A stretch of 64,000 nt of DNA from Tubiluchus corallicola (taxonomy: Eukaryota; Animalia; Priapulida): positions 310,001 through 374,000 of the forward strand of contig JAQGDQ010000177.1 of the NCBI GenBank assembly GCA_030141605.1, read 5' to 3'. Below, piece after piece: positions 62,223-64,000 of this stretch. The notes under the pieces were generated by a model, which was not told where the DNA came from, did no database searches, and saw only the letters and a list, made by a program, of their open reading frames with translations. Each line of letters opens with the position of its first letter. Position 1 is the first letter of the stretch. Made by a program: the position numbers and the translations under genes.

Positions 62223-64000
62223 GCAGCGGTTATTGGCTAAAAATCAAAAGAAACAAACTTTACAGTAGGTTATTAACAAAATGAATTGAATATTCGTAAT
62301 GAGACCAGGATTTTAAGTTGTAAAAAGTTTTTATTACAGTGAGTGTTTAGTTTGATTTTAAATCTTATTATATCGGGTGGTCCAAAAAAGTAACCGAAGT
62401 TTAGATTACATTTAATATAACCCTACAGTGTTAAATTTCACAAAGTGGTATTACAGTACACTAACTCTTGTTTGGCTCTAAGCTTATGGCTCTAGTGATT
62501 TTTAAGTTATCCCTGAATGGGCTTTCATAATAGTCAGCCAATCAAAAATCGAAAAACAGCTACGTTGACGGATTAAAATGGCAGCAAAACAATAATTCAA
62601 ACTTATTCATTCACTCATAAGCTACATTCATACGAAATTTAACACCCAAAGAGAAGGGCTACCAAAATCACTAAATCTTCGTCCTCTGGTCCGATGGGGG
62701 TCTCTTTCCAAAGAGACGTACGTTGGTTAAGGAAAGTACTCAGCCTATCGGTCAACTAGCGAGATTTGCCTTACGTAAGTCTTTAGCTGCGTTTACGAAT
62801 TTTAAGCACCGTTTCCAATCAAAAAATGCGAAACTAATGTGCGTGTTTCTTACCACCGAGCAAAAGCAAGTCATTTAGCTGACAACCAGCCGTTTGATTG
62901 ACAAATTACCAGGTGGCTTGGCATTGGAAACGCTTTTATCTATCTTCAACCACTTTGTCTTCCTGATATTTGCAGGCCGCCAAAGCTTAAACTTTTATGA
63001 ATGGGAACCATTTTGAGCACTTGGCAAATATCAGCATATTAATTATCAAACCAGCCGTGTGTTTAAAGTGTAACAAAATTTTCATTAATTAACGGCTTTC
63101 AGATTCGATTACGCGACGGGAAAATATTGCGCTGTTGAACAAAGTGCGGGTTTATTTTCACTTCAAAGAACAAAATTTGTTTAACTGTTTCATTTGTGCG
63201 CATGTGCGAACGTACTTTGCATGAATATATGCAGTAGAGTGGAGAATACTTTATTTTAAAGGAAAGCGCACTCCTTCTGGGAAGTTAAGATAATTTCAAA
63301 ATTAGCAAAAAATGTTAGAAGAATTCAGTAATAAAAACGTAATAAGAGCCTCGTGTGATTAGTAAGATCACGATCATTAAAGTCGCGATCATTTCACAGT
63401 TTGGCATTCCCATTTTGAATACCCATTTTCCACCACTGATGTCATTCGTCGATTGAAGAAAAGCAGAACACTGTCAATTTGTGCCAAAAGCATAAGAAGT
63501 TTTTACAAAAAATTAGATAGCTGATTCTGTGACAGTTCTGCGTAAATACTAGGCAAGGTGCAGAAGTCTGAAATATTTTAAGCAGTGCACGCTTACGGAA
63601 AGCGACGATGTGCTTAGGAAAGGTCACGAAGTCACCAGTCACGTCATAATTTTCAAGTGATTGGCGGCAACCACCCCGCCTGAAAATCTCTGTACGGCGT
63701 TGGCATAAATTAACTTTACGTTCAATGGACAATTTTTTTGCACATTTCTTTGTTACATATTTCGAAGTTTAAGCGACAACAGTAAAAGAAACCTAACATG
63801 CTAAGCGACTTGTTCTTTCCTGTCAGTCGGATTATACAAACAACAAGCATAAGTCTTAAGACTGACTGATAAAAGATACGTAGGAACTACAAAACAAGAA
63901 GATACGTATGAAAATATTCGTCTCTATCAACAAAAAATCAGTAAGTTAATGTAACATTAAAATAGGACGTAAAATTACATGAACGTAAACTACACAAAGT

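Noticed and set aside
62374-62400. Isolated Tc1/mariner-like terminus, with Harbinger-like ends at about 22425 and 59580 and a hAT-like end at about 63430
   Set aside because: No matching second terminus or target duplication was identified, so elements cannot be delimited.

Overview
AT-rich, microsatellite- and transposon-rich eukaryotic DNA, most likely an invertebrate animal; no prokaryotic features, rRNA, bona fide tRNA or CRISPR array were found. Two intron-containing genes can be rebuilt by hand with consistent splice phases. The first is a plus-strand GRAMD2-like gene (GRAM domain, C-terminal TM helix and coiled coil; about 2409-29618, 14 core coding exons plus 2 candidate cassette exons, about 415-450 aa). 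The second is a convergent minus-strand, highly divergent 316-aa annexin (61470-52552, 8 coding exons) with a GC-AG last intron and three of four type II Ca2+ sites degenerate. GRAM intron 1 holds a near full-length but decayed CR1/L2-group LINE whose ORF2 is preceded by a 2A-like ribosome-skipping motif (GIESNPGP), and a pair of inverted LINE-tail copies that bracket both this LINE and a candidate 60-nt exon. The rest is LINE 3' fragments, a Penelope remnant, two TTAA-flanked Kolobok-type MITE families, foldback elements, a perfect 26-bp hairpin, minisatellites and compound microsatellites. No wholly new biological system can be shown from sequence alone; the best leads are the 2A-bearing LINE, the histidine-substituted annexin and the RNA-structure and splicing architecture of the GRAM gene. 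All coordinates and alignments were read by eye.
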